Part shown: in pieces, positions 24,776-37,500 of the stretch | How the letters are laid out: every line of letters starts with the position of its first letter | Position numbering within the stretch: the first letter of the stretch is position 1 | Assembly (NCBI RefSeq): GCF_964204645.1 | Contig: NC_134030.1 | Coordinates: 355,355-419,354, forward strand | Source of the DNA: Tubulanus polymorphus | Taxonomy: Eukaryota > Animalia > Nemertea | Length of the DNA: 64,000 nt | Reading direction: 5' to 3' | Program-made: the position numbers and the translations under genes | The notes under the pieces: model-generated | Seen by the model: only the letters and a program-made list of their open reading frames with translations | Database searches by the model: none | What the model was told of the DNA's origin: nothing

Positions 24776-25360
24776 TTGGTCGGGTATATTTGATACTGGT
24801 CAGGTATATTTGATATTGGTCAGGTATATTTGATACTGATCAGGTATATTTGATACTGGTCAGGTATATTTGATACTGGTCAGGTATATTTGATATTGGT
24901 CAGGTATATTTGATACTGGTCGGGTATATTTGATACTGGTCGGGTATATTTGATACTGGTCAGGTATATTTGATACTGGTCGGGTATATTTGATACTGGT
25001 CGGGTATATTTGATACTGGTCGGGTATATTTGATATTGGTCAGGTATATTTGATACTGGTCGGGTATATTTGATATTGGTCAGGTATATTTGATACTGGT
25101 CAGGTATATTTGATACTGGTCAGGTATATTTGATACTGGTCGGGTATATTTGATACTGGTCGGGTATATTTGATACTGGTCGGGTATATTTGATACTGGT
25201 CGGGTATATTTGATACTGGTCGGGTATATTTGATACTGGTCAGGTATATTTGATACTGGTCAGGTATATTTGATACTGGTCAGGTATATTTGATACTGGT
25301 CGGGTATATTTGATACTGGTCAGGTATATTTGATACTGGTCAGGTATATTTGATTCTGGT
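24776..25360. repeat. 20-bp minisatellite upstream of GPCR paralog 1 (~29 copies)
   Basis: GGTC(A/G)GGTATATTTGATACT units. Confidence 0.95.
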
Positions 25361-25703
25361 ATATATTAGTTTTTACACCTCGCGTGTTACCACAGAGACC
25401 TGTATTCACGAAATTCAAACTTTGTGGTTCTACAGTTGTCTGTATATAAACTCTAGTCTAAAACTGCTGCGAATTTTCATATGAAACTTAGATTATTTCA
25501 GATGGATTTTTAGTAAACTCTCAGAGCGAATCGTGTGAGTAGTAATTTCAACAGAGCGCGTGAAATCTTCAGATGATTGTAGTGTGTTCTGTAGCAGGAG
25601 TTTGATGGAAGTATTTTGAAATCGTGGTTCCGCGGCTGTAACCCACAATTTGAGGGAAGCAGTCACTACACTGATTGTCGCGTCAAACTGTTCTGTTCTT
25701 GTC

Positions 25704-26927
25704 ATGGACAATTTTACCGCTATCGTCACCACAACTCGAATATACCGCACCACTGTGAAGACACCGGGATATATCATAGCTTACAAGGGGTTTGCAAAGT
25801 TCAGTTTTTTATTTAGCAACACAATCAATTATCTCTTCTTACTTCCACCTGGAAGTGTGTTTAACTTTCTGACAATAATTCTACTGATAAAGTGTCGCAG
25901 ATATCAGTCAGTTCGTTACACGTTCCCTTATCTCATAACTATCGCGTTTTCAGATCAACTTGTCGTCTTGTTTGAGTTACAGAAATTCCCTTTCCATTTG
26001 AGAGAGTTCGTTGTTTATCGTCTAGGATTTTATAGAGGATGTGGCAGTTATTTTCTATTAGCTAAAAACAGGAAACTATGTCCATCACTTTATTATTTCA
26101 ACTACTACTTCCGTCATCTGCCCAATAAACTGTTTCCTTTGTGTTTGCTACGGAGACTATTTTACGACCAGGCAATATCTGTATCAAACTACATAGTTAT
26201 AGTGATCGCTATCGAGAGATTTGTTTCTATTCGTTTTCCTTTCTTTCACATGAAACATTTCACCGTCACTCAGCGTAAAATTGTAGTAGTTTTTATCATC
26301 TTCTGGGCGTATTTTATGAACTTGGATTCAGCAATCATGCGCAGTCGTGTTAAATTCGTTAAAATTCATAGATACAACGAAACATACGACTCTTTTGTGT
26401 GTCGTCAGTCAATCGCTATAAGCCAGCCCCAGACACGAGCAATAGCAGTTGCGAAAACAATTTTACAAGATATATTTCCATCTGTAATGATTGTAATATT
26501 ATCAGTGTTAACTGCTTCATTACGCAATAAGAGATCTGAGATGAGAGCGAAGAGAACAGATCGTCATCAATCTGCAGCCAGTAAAACTCTTGTAGTTATA
26601 GTTATGCTGTATATTTTACTAGTTTTACCGCATGCTGTAGTTAAAAGCATCTACTATCTACTACTGGCTTTAAACCAAGTGATTAAAAAAAATGATAAAA
26701 ACATCACTGACCCTCATTTACGATACTTACTTTATGAAATTTGGATCGACTTACGATGGTTCCTGATACCATTTCGACAATTTGTGTACTGCGTGAATTT
26801 CTTTATCTACATCGGAACATTGAAAGTTTTCCGGAAAGAATTTATCAAACTATTTACTGATTGTTTTTGTTGTAAAATAAGGAACATAATCTGTCGTATA
26901 AACTTCAAAGAACCCGAATCTGTGTGA
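25704..26927 (+). CDS. Class A (rhodopsin-like) GPCR, peptide-receptor-like, paralog 1
   Basis: Single exon with ~7 hydrophobic segments: GSVFN (TM1), YLITIAFSD (TM2), AIERFVSI (TM3), LVLP (TM6), VNFFIY...FRKE (TM7/helix 8). First ATG 25704. Confidence 0.88.
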   Translation: MDNFTAIVTTTRIYRTTVKTPGYIIAYKGFAKFSFLFSNTINYLFLLPPGSVFNFLTIILLIKCRRYQSVRYTFPYLITIAFSDQLVVLFELQKFPFHLREFVVYRLGFYRGCGSYFLLAKNRKLCPSLYYFNYYFRHLPNKLFPLCLLRRLFYDQAISVSNYIVIVIAIERFVSIRFPFFHMKHFTVTQRKIVVVFIIFWAYFMNLDSAIMRSRVKFVKIHRYNETYDSFVCRQSIAISQPQTRAIAVAKTILQDIFPSVMIVILSVLTASLRNKRSEMRAKRTDRHQSAASKTLVVIVMLYILLVLPHAVVKSIYYLLLALNQVIKKNDKNITDPHLRYLLYEIWIDLRWFLIPFRQFVYCVNFFIYIGTLKVFRKEFIKLFTDCFCCKIRNIICRINFKEPESV

Positions 26928-27786
26928 TTCATTTTCATTTTCGAAATTCCTGAACCTGAATTTCATCAGTGAACTATTTATACAGGGGACTGAAATATTG
27001 ATCACTCCACGTGACTCCTTTAAAGTTGGATTAAATTGTAGTCCATTAATTTCTACGGAAATTCAATGCTTTCGAAACTATAAATAGAATTAATGTTTAT
27101 GTAGGTGATTTAATCTCCACAAATGTTTATTCCAACAATAGCCGTAAGGAGCTAAGCTGTGACGTCACTTCCCTGATATAAATACTCCACCGATTCCACT
27201 AACAGAAATCACTATCCGTGTATGATTTCCACCCATAGCCCCGATCACACGAGAGCATTTTTGGCCCGTGCCAAATTTGGCCCTGTTCAGACATGTGCCG
27301 AATGGGCCCGAGCCTATTTGGGCCAACCAAAAACGTCGGTCTAGGCCTTAAGTCATATTCTGCAGGAGAACAAGGAAATTGTATTTATAGTAAATACTCA
27401 GTAAATACTCAGTAAATGCTCAGTCCACAGAGACACAGTTCGTATTCGACTCGGAGGGGAGTGTAAGGGGGGGGGGCGCTGGGGTGTAAAATCTAGTCAT
27501 TGCAGAGATGCAATTGAATCATTCAAATATGTTGTAAAACATTTTTACAAAAACAAATTCGTTCAAAGAAAGTAAAGTTATAAACATTTATGTACGGAGA
27601 GATAACGGTGAATTGTTGAGTTTTTTGTTGAGACGCAGAAACTCCTGCTATCCCATCAGCATTGTGGTATACAAGCACCACTTCAAGGACGGTGGGGGTA
27701 ACGATTGTAGATCGGGCGCGATGTATGTCGTATGGTCGTTAAATATGTCTCATCGATCTAATAGTACTGACAGTAACTTCCTACAG

Positions 27787-27921
27787 GGCCCAGTTTCACA
27801 AACAAATTTAACCCAAATTTTAGGTGTAATTGCCGCCATTGGTTACTTCATGTTTTCAATGAGGACAACAATTCAAACTTAACCGTTTTTTTGGCTTAAA
27901 CTATTTGGTGAAACTGCTCCC
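27787..27921. mobile_element. Short MITE (GGNCCAGTTT-terminus family)
   Basis: GGGCCCAGTTTCACAAA...TTGGTGAAACTGCTCCC. Confidence 0.6.
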
Positions 27922-28404
27922 TGTTGTCTATGTACAGAAGGTTGAATCAATAAATACATAATCGGAAATAAGTAAATTTTCCAAATGCTGTTTGTTGCAT
28001 TTCGCCTCTTGTGTCTCAATGGAACTTGAAGTGTATCAGTGCTGGTATATGTAATACTAGTATATATTAGTTTTCACGCCTCACATGTTACCACAGAGAC
28101 CTGTATTCACGAAATTCAAACTTTATGGTTCTACAGTTGTCTGTATATAAACTCGAGTCTAAAACTGCTGCGAATTTTCATATGAAACTTAGATTATTTC
28201 AGATGGATTTTTAGTAAACTCTCAGAGCGAATCGTGTGAGTAGTAATTTCAACAGAGCGCGTAAAATGTTCAAATGATTATAGTGTGTTCTGTAGCAGGA
28301 GTTTGATGGAAGTATTTTGAAATCGTGGTACCACGGCTGTAACCCACAATGTGAGGGACGCAGTCACTACACAGATTGTCGCGTCAAACTGTTCTGTTCT
28401 TGTC

Positions 28405-29616
28405 ATGGACAATTTTACCGCTATCGTCACTACAACTCGAATATACCGCACCACTGTGAAGACACCGGGATATATCTTAGCTTTCATAAGGTTTTCAGCC
28501 TTCAGTATTGTGTTTAGCCGAGACTTCAATTATCTCTTCTTACTTCCACCGGGAAGTGTGTTTAACTTTCTGACAATAATTTTACTGATTAAGTGTCGCA
28601 GATATCAGTCAGTTCGTTACACGTTCCCTTATCTGATAACTATCGCGTTTTCAGATCAATTTTTCGTCTTGTTTGAGTTACTGGCTTTCCCTTGGTATTT
28701 GAAAGACTTTGTAGTTTCTCGTCTAGGATTTTATAGAGCATGTCGCAGTAGATATCTGACATTCACTAAACACAGTAAACTATGTCCATCACTTTACTAT
28801 TTCAATTACTATTTCAATTATCTGCCCAATAAACTGTTTCCTATGTGTTTGCTACGGAACCTATTTTACGACCAGGCAATATCTGTATCAAACTACACAG
28901 TTATAGTGATCGCTATCGAGAGATTTGTTTCTATTCGTTTTCCTTTCTTTCACATGAAACATTTCACCGTCACTCGCCGTAAAATTGCAGTAGTTTTTAT
29001 CATCTTCTGGGCGTATTTTATGAACTTGGATTCAGCAATCATGCGCAGTCGTGTTGCTTTAGTTAAATTTCTTAGACTCAACGAAACATACGTCTATTTT
29101 TCGTGTTATCCGACAATCGCTTCAAGCCTGGCCCAGAGAGAAGCAATGACACTTGCAAAAAGAATTTTACGAGAGAAAGTTCCTTCTATAATGATTGTAA
29201 TATTATCAGTGTTAACTGCTTCATTTCGCAATAAGAGATCTGAGATAAGAGCGAATCGTCATCAATCTTCAGCCAGTAAAACTCTTCTAGTTATAGTTAT
29301 GGTGTATATTTTACTAGTTTTACCGCATGCTGTAGTTAAAACCATTCATGACGTAATAAACACCTTACAGCGGTCGTCTAAAGGAAGTAAAGGAAGATAT
29401 ATCTTTGCCCATTTAATAAACCCTTATTTACGATACCTTCTTAGTGGTATATGGATGCACTTAACATGGTTCCTGCAAACATTTCGACACTTTGTGTTCT
29501 GCGTGAATTTCTTTATCTACATTGGAACATTGAAAGTTTTCCGGAAAGAATTTATTAAACTATTTACTGATTGTTTTTGTTGTAAAATAAAATCTGTAAT
29601 AAATAAAAAAATCTGA
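28405..29616 (+). CDS. Class A GPCR, paralog 2
   Basis: Same motifs; tandem duplicate of 25704-26927 including ~350 bp of upstream sequence. Confidence 0.88.
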   Translation: MDNFTAIVTTTRIYRTTVKTPGYILAFIRFSAFSIVFSRDFNYLFLLPPGSVFNFLTIILLIKCRRYQSVRYTFPYLITIAFSDQFFVLFELLAFPWYLKDFVVSRLGFYRACRSRYLTFTKHSKLCPSLYYFNYYFNYLPNKLFPMCLLRNLFYDQAISVSNYTVIVIAIERFVSIRFPFFHMKHFTVTRRKIAVVFIIFWAYFMNLDSAIMRSRVALVKFLRLNETYVYFSCYPTIASSLAQREAMTLAKRILREKVPSIMIVILSVLTASFRNKRSEIRANRHQSSASKTLLVIVMVYILLVLPHAVVKTIHDVINTLQRSSKGSKGRYIFAHLINPYLRYLLSGIWMHLTWFLQTFRHFVFCVNFFIYIGTLKVFRKEFIKLFTDCFCCKIKSVINKKI

Positions 29617-30091
29617 CGGATAAAACGTCCCTTTTAAAGAACCCGGATTAAATTGTGGTCCGTACTTTTTTATTTGTTATTCCTCGAGGGGTTCCGAATT
29701 AAGGGCGCGAGTTCGATATTGCGGGTCTCATATCGGTCATATCGCTATTTATATCGTGAGTGGTTTACGTGTGAACGTGCTCTCTAATTCGGCACGGACC
29801 ATAATTTGGCTCGAGTCTGATCCGCGCCAATTTGGCCCGGGCCCAATCGTGTCCGTTTGATCTTCGTTCATGATGACCGTAGATTTATTTGTAATATTTA
29901 TATCACCATGACTGTATATATGCAGTATGAATAATATATAATTACAACATAAGTTACAAACATAAGCGTCTGAATGCTTGTAAAGCGGTGTACGGATTCG
30001 AGCACCCAGAATCTAACTACGTTAATGAAAACTAGATAAACTAGTCCTGTGATGACATATCAATGAAAATGAACTTGTTTTGACAATACAT

Positions 30092-30810
30092 GGATTAGGA
30101 TTAGGATTAGGATTAGGATTAGGATGAGGATTAGGATTAGGATTAGGATTTTACTTAAACTCCAACCATTTCTATGGTACATGGAGGGAGACTTATATGA
30201 AGTATACAATATTTACAATTAACAGAAAGTTTAAACTTGTTTTGATAAAATATAACAAAGTTATTAACAATATATACATACACTATTTACAACATACTAA
30301 TTATTGAAGGGATCTATATACATCTAAGCCTTTTTTAATGAATTATACAAGGTGGATTGTAGGATTTTTTAGAATAACAAGATTGCCAAAAGAATTCAGA
30401 TTCAAAATATTTTCACGGATTACATTCAGTAGGTTGCAGTTAAAAATAAAATGCAATTCATCACCTAAAACATTAAGCCGAACATAATCTATCATTTCTA
30501 TCTAACGGAAGATTTGATAATTTATTTACAGGCAAAAGATAAGATCCAATTCTAAATTCGAATAAACTTATTACTAAATCTTCATCAAGTTCACTAATAT
30601 ATCTTTCTAATTTAATATCATTTTTGTATTGCCTGTAATTAATGTATGTCGGGCTAGCATCTATTGTGGAAATTGTATTTTGAAGGTGTTGATCACAAAG
30701 AATCCGTTTTATTCGCCTTGAGAAGGTCCTACTGTTCCCCATAAATTGTTGTGTCCAAATATGAGATAAACCGCAATCATCAAAGGTTTCTTAATGAATA
30801 ATAACCAAGG
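30092..30810 (-). mobile_element. 5'-truncated non-LTR retrotransposon with (TAATCC)n tail
   Basis: Degenerate post-RT C-terminus (LERYI...FRIGSYLLP...RLC followed by a GDELHFIFNC-like knuckle), then 3'UTR and a (GGATTA)n tract at 30092-30150. Confidence 0.75.
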
Positions 30811-30819
30811 ACTCTTATG

Positions 30820-31358
30820 TCAGTAATTACTGGGTTCGAACCCGGGACACCCCTGTACATCCTCTATTCAGCATCAGTACCGCACTCTGAACCAGTATCA
30901 GTAATTACTGGGTTCGAACCCGGGACACCCCTGTACATCCTCTATTCAAAATAAGGACCACTCTGAATGAGTATCAGTAATTAATGGGATCGAACCCGGG
31001 CCATCCCTGTACATCCTCTATTCAGCATCAGGACCACTCTGAATCAGTGTCAGTAATTACTGGGTTCAAACCCGGGACACCCCTGTACATCCTCTATTCA
31101 GCATCAGGGCCACTCTGAATCAGTATCAGTAATTACTGTGTTCGAACCCGGGACACCCCTGTACATCCTCTATTCAACATCAGTACCACTCTGAATCAGT
31201 GTCAGTAATTACTGTGTTCGAACCCGGGACACCCCTGTACATCCTCTATTCAACATCAGTACCACTCTGAATCAGTGTCAGTAATTACTGTGTTCGAACC
31301 CGGGACACCCCTGTACATCCTCTATTCAGCATCAGTACCACTCTGAATCAGTGTCAGT
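30820..31358. repeat. 76-bp tRNA-like minisatellite (~7 copies)
   Basis: Same unit as 1262-1600; abuts the truncated 5' end of the LINE. Confidence 0.92.
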
Positions 31359-31942
31359 TGCCTGACCTCTGAATGATTTAACTGATATTCTATTATCAGA
31401 CAAAGCGAAGTTCTACAAGGCGATGTTTCGACTCATGAAATTCAATTTTGGAAATTTCTTTAAAAAAGAGAGGAAAAATCTGGACCATCAATATTCATCC
31501 GATATACGATTAGAGATTATCCGACTTACGACTTTACTGTATATTCCATTTAAACCAATCATTATCGTGGGATTCAAATCGATATTTACATCTGAGTCTG
31601 TGCTATATCACACTCTCAGCACATGTACTACTTATGAAACTTCGCGTTACTAAGGTGAACAATGATACATAGTTTCACCTACCCCCCCCCCCCTGTTTGA
31701 ATACGTAAAACTATCCGGAGCCGAACCCCCGATAGAAAGAGGCATGAACTATTCCATCAAAACATGTCTGACCAAATAACGTGTAGACTGTGGATCGATT
31801 AGATATATTAACCGCACGGACTGCGCGCGTGACCCGTCATTTGAAAAAAATTTTACCATCTTGAAGTTTAATACGTTAATTTTCGAATTCATGTGGACTT
31901 CAAAACAATATTGAAACTAATCGTAAACGGTTTTGGCGCTCA

Positions 31943-33025
31943 CTAATCCTCGACTGATGACCGAGCCTGTAATAGTTTCCAACCAGCTCGCCTGAAATTG
32001 GAATTTGTTATGCTGTAAAGGAGAAAGTTAGCGCACGAATCTACCACAGTCAGTCCGATACCCGTTTTCCCTACAACCAATCCGTATTTATATTTGTAGT
32101 TCACTTTTATGTAACCCCTACCAATGAATCGGTGAACAAGGAACACCGACTCACAAACGATGTAAACAGTCACAACAGTTATAACCATTCTCAACACTCT
32201 TTTCTCTATCGAACTCGATTCCGTTTGTTTTTCAGTTTTTTGCGCCGATTGCAGCATCTTACCACGTGACTTACGTTTGATAAGGAGATTCACGATTAAG
32301 GCCGTGTTTGTTATACAAAGGAATACCATCGGAATCAAAACCCCGAATATGAAATCCGGCCCGTTAACGGTCGTCTCGATCCATTCCAGAAGCACTGAGA
32401 GTAATTCCTGGAAATGCCAGAGTGGAATATTTTTGTGCATACTTATTGTCGGTCCCGATTCACCGCATGGTTTTGCAAAAAAGAAAGGCGATCTGGGGAC
32501 GAGTTGAGGAAAGTACATGGCTACTGAACCGAGGTGTATAATCACTAACCACGAGTTGACGACTTTGCTCGTCCAAAAAACACGTGATTTCAAAGGAAAC
32601 AATACAATAACACACCTCTCAAAACTCAACAAGAAAACACACCAGTTGCGAGTGAGCAAGAATATGTAATAACATCCGTGAGAAACTTTAACAAATGCTC
32701 TCCCGAAATGCCAGTCATCCACACGAAAAACAATATCTCCCAGAAGTCGGTAAACATGAATAGTCCTCAGCGGGTACATGACAAATACAGACAACGAGTA
32801 CAGAACATCATTGACCGCTACCGCTTTTACTAAGTAATAAGAACGACTTTTCATCGTGTTCAAAATTACGAAGGTAAAGCTGTTGAATATTATACTGAAA
32901 ATCGTTGCCGGTCCGAAGAAATAGATGTACACAAATACGCTGAACTTAAAATCCCATCTGATCTCTCTCTGTTTCCACTTTTCGCAATCAGTCAACTCAA
33001 CGACTGCACCGGTCGTGTTTAACAT
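31943..33025 (-). CDS. Class A GPCR, FMRFamide-receptor-like
   Basis: Single exon, 360 aa, ~7 TM; AVAVND, LSFERC, IPMVFL, ANFLLY...FRR. Confidence 0.88.
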   Translation of the reverse strand: MLNTTGAVVELTDCEKWKQREIRWDFKFSVFVYIYFFGPATIFSIIFNSFTFVILNTMKSRSYYLVKAVAVNDVLYSLSVFVMYPLRTIHVYRLLGDIVFRVDDWHFGRAFVKVSHGCYYIFLLTRNWCVFLLSFERCVIVLFPLKSRVFWTSKVVNSWLVIIHLGSVAMYFPQLVPRSPFFFAKPCGESGPTISMHKNIPLWHFQELLSVLLEWIETTVNGPDFIFGVLIPMVFLCITNTALIVNLLIKRKSRGKMLQSAQKTEKQTESSSIEKRVLRMVITVVTVYIVCESVFLVHRFIGRGYIKVNYKYKYGLVVGKTGIGLTVVDSCANFLLYSITNSNFRRAGWKLLQARSSVED

Positions 33026-33508
33026 TGTGTGTTCAGCGATCCTCTACGAGTTGAAGAGGGAGAGAGAGAATGGCTGTTATATCAACGTTTTGACGCCATC
33101 CACAGTACGTACCAATTACCATATACAACGAGTCGCGAACTGCGAACAGCCTATAGCAAAAATATATTCAACGAATATCCCTGGCGTTTTGTAGCAACCG
33201 ATGTGTTATAGATACCTCGAGATCATCAGTAAAATCTGCCAGTGTTTACCACACAATCTTTAAAATTACATTTCAAAATTCTAGCGTTGTTTACTCGACA
33301 CAAAATGAAAGACACAATTAGTATGATTTTTTTTCAGGGGAATTTTAAGCCCCTCCTCCGCCTCTGAAAGTATTGCGGATATTGTGTATTATCCTTATCG
33401 TTCAAATACGAGGAGTGACTGGTGCGCATGTGCGAGGAGGTCCTTTCATAGCCCGGCCCGTGTGGTCTACACCGGGACTATTCATGATTAATGAACAATT
33501 TGGTATCA

Positions 33509-33713
33509 TAAGATACAAACCCACTATCTACAGATTAAAATAATTTAAAAACAAGAATTCATTTATTCAATCTAAAATATATAGAATACACGACATCTGG
33601 CGATGATCTCTAGGGTGAGATCGAAACGTCGTGTATTTTATATATTTTAGATTGAATAAATAAATTCTTGATTTTAAATTCTTTTAATCTGTAAATAGTG
33701 GGGTTTTATCTTA
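33509..33713. mobile_element. Hairpin element with degenerate Penelope-type hammerhead core
   Basis: ~85-bp inverted arms around GATGATCTCTAGGGTGAGATCGAAACGTCG. Confidence 0.6.
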
Positions 33714-34533
33714 TTATCCGTTCACCACGTTTGACAGGTTATCGTTCTGTTATCCGTATCGTTTACATACATATTAAAAACAAACAGAGATATTCATTCC
33801 TCCTCCCTGTCTTTCCCTTATATAGATTATACTTGGAAAATCTGCGCGTCAAAATGCAGATTCCGAAGCGCCTGCGGGAAGCGAGTTCACGTATTCGGAG
33901 CGCTCCTTTTGAATATCCATTGGTCACTGCCGGCTGAGAAACAGTACTGACCAAGATACGCTTGCTAGAGTTGGAATTTTCGTAGCGATCGGTTTCGAAT
34001 CCGTAATAATACAGACAATTAATTACGTAATAAACAAGATTAATCTTTTTAAATAGTTAAATGTGCTTGAACGGAACCCCGGTTGTAATTGCAAGGCGAT
34101 TTATTCATAGCCTATCGATTAAAGTGTCGTCTACGTAACCTAGATAAACACAACATTAATCAGCTGACTGACATACAGTACACAGTACTGTACACAGCTA
34201 GGCACTACAGTACGGATCGAAGTGCTGTTTTAACCTGTTGTATGGCTCTGTTTATATCAGTGCTATTCTGATGACATATATCGAGATCAGGTTTAATTAT
34301 TGTGGAATCTTTTTAACTACAGCGTCGAAAAATTCTGAAATACCTCATTAAGTTCGGGTGCTATTTACAGTGGTGATAATAGAGTGAGTTGCAGGATTTC
34401 GATCGCTAACCTGTGGATATCTGTGGATCTGAGTATCGATCTGTGTTCCAGTCAGTACTGCTCTCCTACCTCACTGCTCATTGAATGTCGTTTTAACTGT
34501 TGTTGATTGTTAAATAATTTGAATTGTGTAACG

Positions 34534-37500
34534 ATGGAAACCGAACCGTTATTACCGCGGGAATTGCGGGTGGTCCCCGGTGGTCCGGGATCGGATGACC
34601 ACGACGACGGGACTAGTCGCTCCGTCGATTTTGAAGGCAGTCACAGAGAAAGGACTAACACTTACGCCGATGTTTTACGGAATAAAGATATCAGAAATCA
34701 GACTGAAGTAAAAGTTTACGGACGGCGCTGGTATATTTTATTCATGTTTTCGCTGTTAGGACTCGGGCAGGGATGTGTTTGGAATTCGTTCGGACCTATC
34801 AGTCAGTCGATTAAAGATGTATTCGGCTGGCAGGACTCGACGATAGCCCTATCCACGAACTGGGCCTGTATTACGTACGTTTTGTCGTCAGTATTCTTTT
34901 CGTGGCTTCTAGAAGTAAAAGGTTTGTCGCTAATTTGTATTTAAGACCGAATTAGACGAAATAAATTCCCAAGGCCCGGTTTTATAGACTGGTTTTACCT
35001 TTGACCCGGGCTAACTCAATTGATAATGAATTAAGTGAGCCCCCGGGTTAAAGGTTAAACCAGTCTGTAAAACCGGGCCCTAGAAGAATAATTGTTCATA
35101 AAGCGATATTATTATATACTCTTGCAACCCTTTAAGGCAGAGGCTCTAGTCTCAATGAGTTGAGAATATTTTCAAAATTGTCAGATGAAACTTTTTTAAC
35201 TTTTGTAAGAACTGAAGAAAAAATTATTCGGAGGATTATTTAGGAAGCGAGAAAATGAATTCGTTAAAATTCCGAATCGGACATGTCTAAGTTTAATAAT
35301 TCCTGCACTGGAATTATCCAATGAATCAATGAATCATTATCCAATACACAACAAAGGAGGCTTAACAGTTTACAATAGAGGCTTATACGAGAACAACATT
35401 CAATAATTACTAAATTCATCATAGGTATCTCTGAACATGTATATATTTCAATGTTTTATTGAATAGGTTTACGCGTGTCGGTGATATTGACTTCCGCTTT
35501 ACTGGTTGTTGGATGCGGTATAAAATGTATCTCGAAGTGGGATCCATACTTCACCTGGTAATAAATTATCGTCGATTTATTTATTCGTCAATTTTCCCTT
35601 CCCCGACCAGGAAATAGATTCACGCCAACACTAATGATGTGACTTTAGCGGGCGGCAATCAAACCCTGGCAAGCGAGGATGTCATTCATTGGGCCCGTGT
35701 CGTCACCTACTTAGCCTTTGAGGGGGGACCTGAAATTCCAACAAGTGTAGAAATGAAAAGTCAAAGTCCCTCTAATAGGCCTCCTTATACAATAGAAGTA
35801 TATACACTGAGTTAATACGTGTTTCGTCTGTTTCTGGTCACATTCCGCCTGATGATTCGCTGTTATACTTAACAGTCAAGGCTTTGGGTTTTTTCCAATA
35901 AATACGATCCCATATTCGGATATGCACCAGATTCATTTACTGATGGGATTGTAACAAATCCCCATTAAAATTTCCAATAAATGCATAATAAAATTGGACA
36001 CAGAATTTGCATATTAATATTTGCATATTTTAATTTTAAATGATATCGGATAGGTTGGCACATCTGGGTTGTATTGTAAGCGGATTTGCTGGACCGGTAG
36101 TGATGGCTGGACCTCCGTGCGTTTCGGCGACCTGGTTCCCAGCTAACGGTAGAACTACAGCAACGGCCATCATGATCGTATCCAACTATTTAGGAGTAGC
36201 ATTGTCGTTTATTTTGGGTGAGTTTCACGGCAGAAGTTTACAAAAATAAATTGGAAATTCTATTTGATTGATTTTATTGATATAGATATTAAATTTAATC
36301 GCTGGATTTGAATATTTCATTACTCCTGAGTTAATTTATTCCAGGTCCGTTAATCGTGAATACTCATACAACCTATAATAATATTACAACTCCAACTCCT
36401 AATATATCTTACATCAGGTGAGTTTTATTTACAGCTACAGGTACCAGTACCTGATGCAGATTGCTCAATAAACTTCGTTATTTTATATCAAAGACAGGTA
36501 CCATCAGGTGCTCGTCGAAAATCGGGTCTATGAACTTATTATATATTACCTTAAACTTTGTTATCTTTGATTTGTTTCAGTTCCGATATTTTTATTGATT
36601 TTTCTAATACTTCCAATGTGACGGTGGCGCCACCAACTTTAGGTGAGGATTTTATCTTATTGCCCGAGAGATTAGACCGATATAATCTGTTTACATGAAG
36701 CTCATCTTCTTAGAAATTGCATCTATTTGAATTCATTTCTTCAGGAATAATGTCAAACCCCTAACCGCGCTAAGTGGCCTTCAGCGTGGCTACATTATCC
36801 TAGAAATGTCCTTATTTTTCTCCTGGACCTCGACCTTGCGATTCCGCCCCGGTGTAACCTACGTAGAACAGTTTTCGAGGGGTTGCATCAGTTTGCAATA
36901 TCGCGTTTCTTCAATAAATTATCTACTATATGATGATGAAACGATTAATACATTTTCAATGACTATTGAGGACCCAGTTTCACAAAAAGTTTTTATTCTT
37001 AAATCGATTTAATTTCTTCATTAATTCAGTTTATCTTGAATCGATTTAGGGCTTAATCTTTTTTGTGAAACTGGACCCCGGTCTATAAAAATATATGTGG
37101 GATTTCGAACGATTTCTACAACTGTTAATAGACAAAATATATACAAACCAACATGAACATGGATTGTAGGATTGTATTCGATGTAAATTAGTAAAGTTGT
37201 TTTGTTGTTTTTCAGCCCCTTCGAAGGACAACGAATCGATAGAGGCCCAAAGGGCGGAAATAATGATACTTCTATACATAGGTATATGATCTATATATTA
37301 TCGATCTTTGTCGGAAATATCACAAGTCAAAATGATAAATAAATGATAATTTCGCTGATAACCTCTGATAACCGCCGAACAGAGTTTGTTTTCTTGCATA
37401 GTGGTTTTGATACAAAGTTCATTAAGAATTTCAGCGCGTCTTAAGTTCAGTACTTCAACCGACAGGGTAAACACTCAGTATCTGTCTGTCTGGCTGTCAA

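Noticed and set aside
30092-30150. (GGATTA)n as interstitial telomere
   Set aside because: Not TTAGGG or TTAGG; its position fits a LINE 3' tail.
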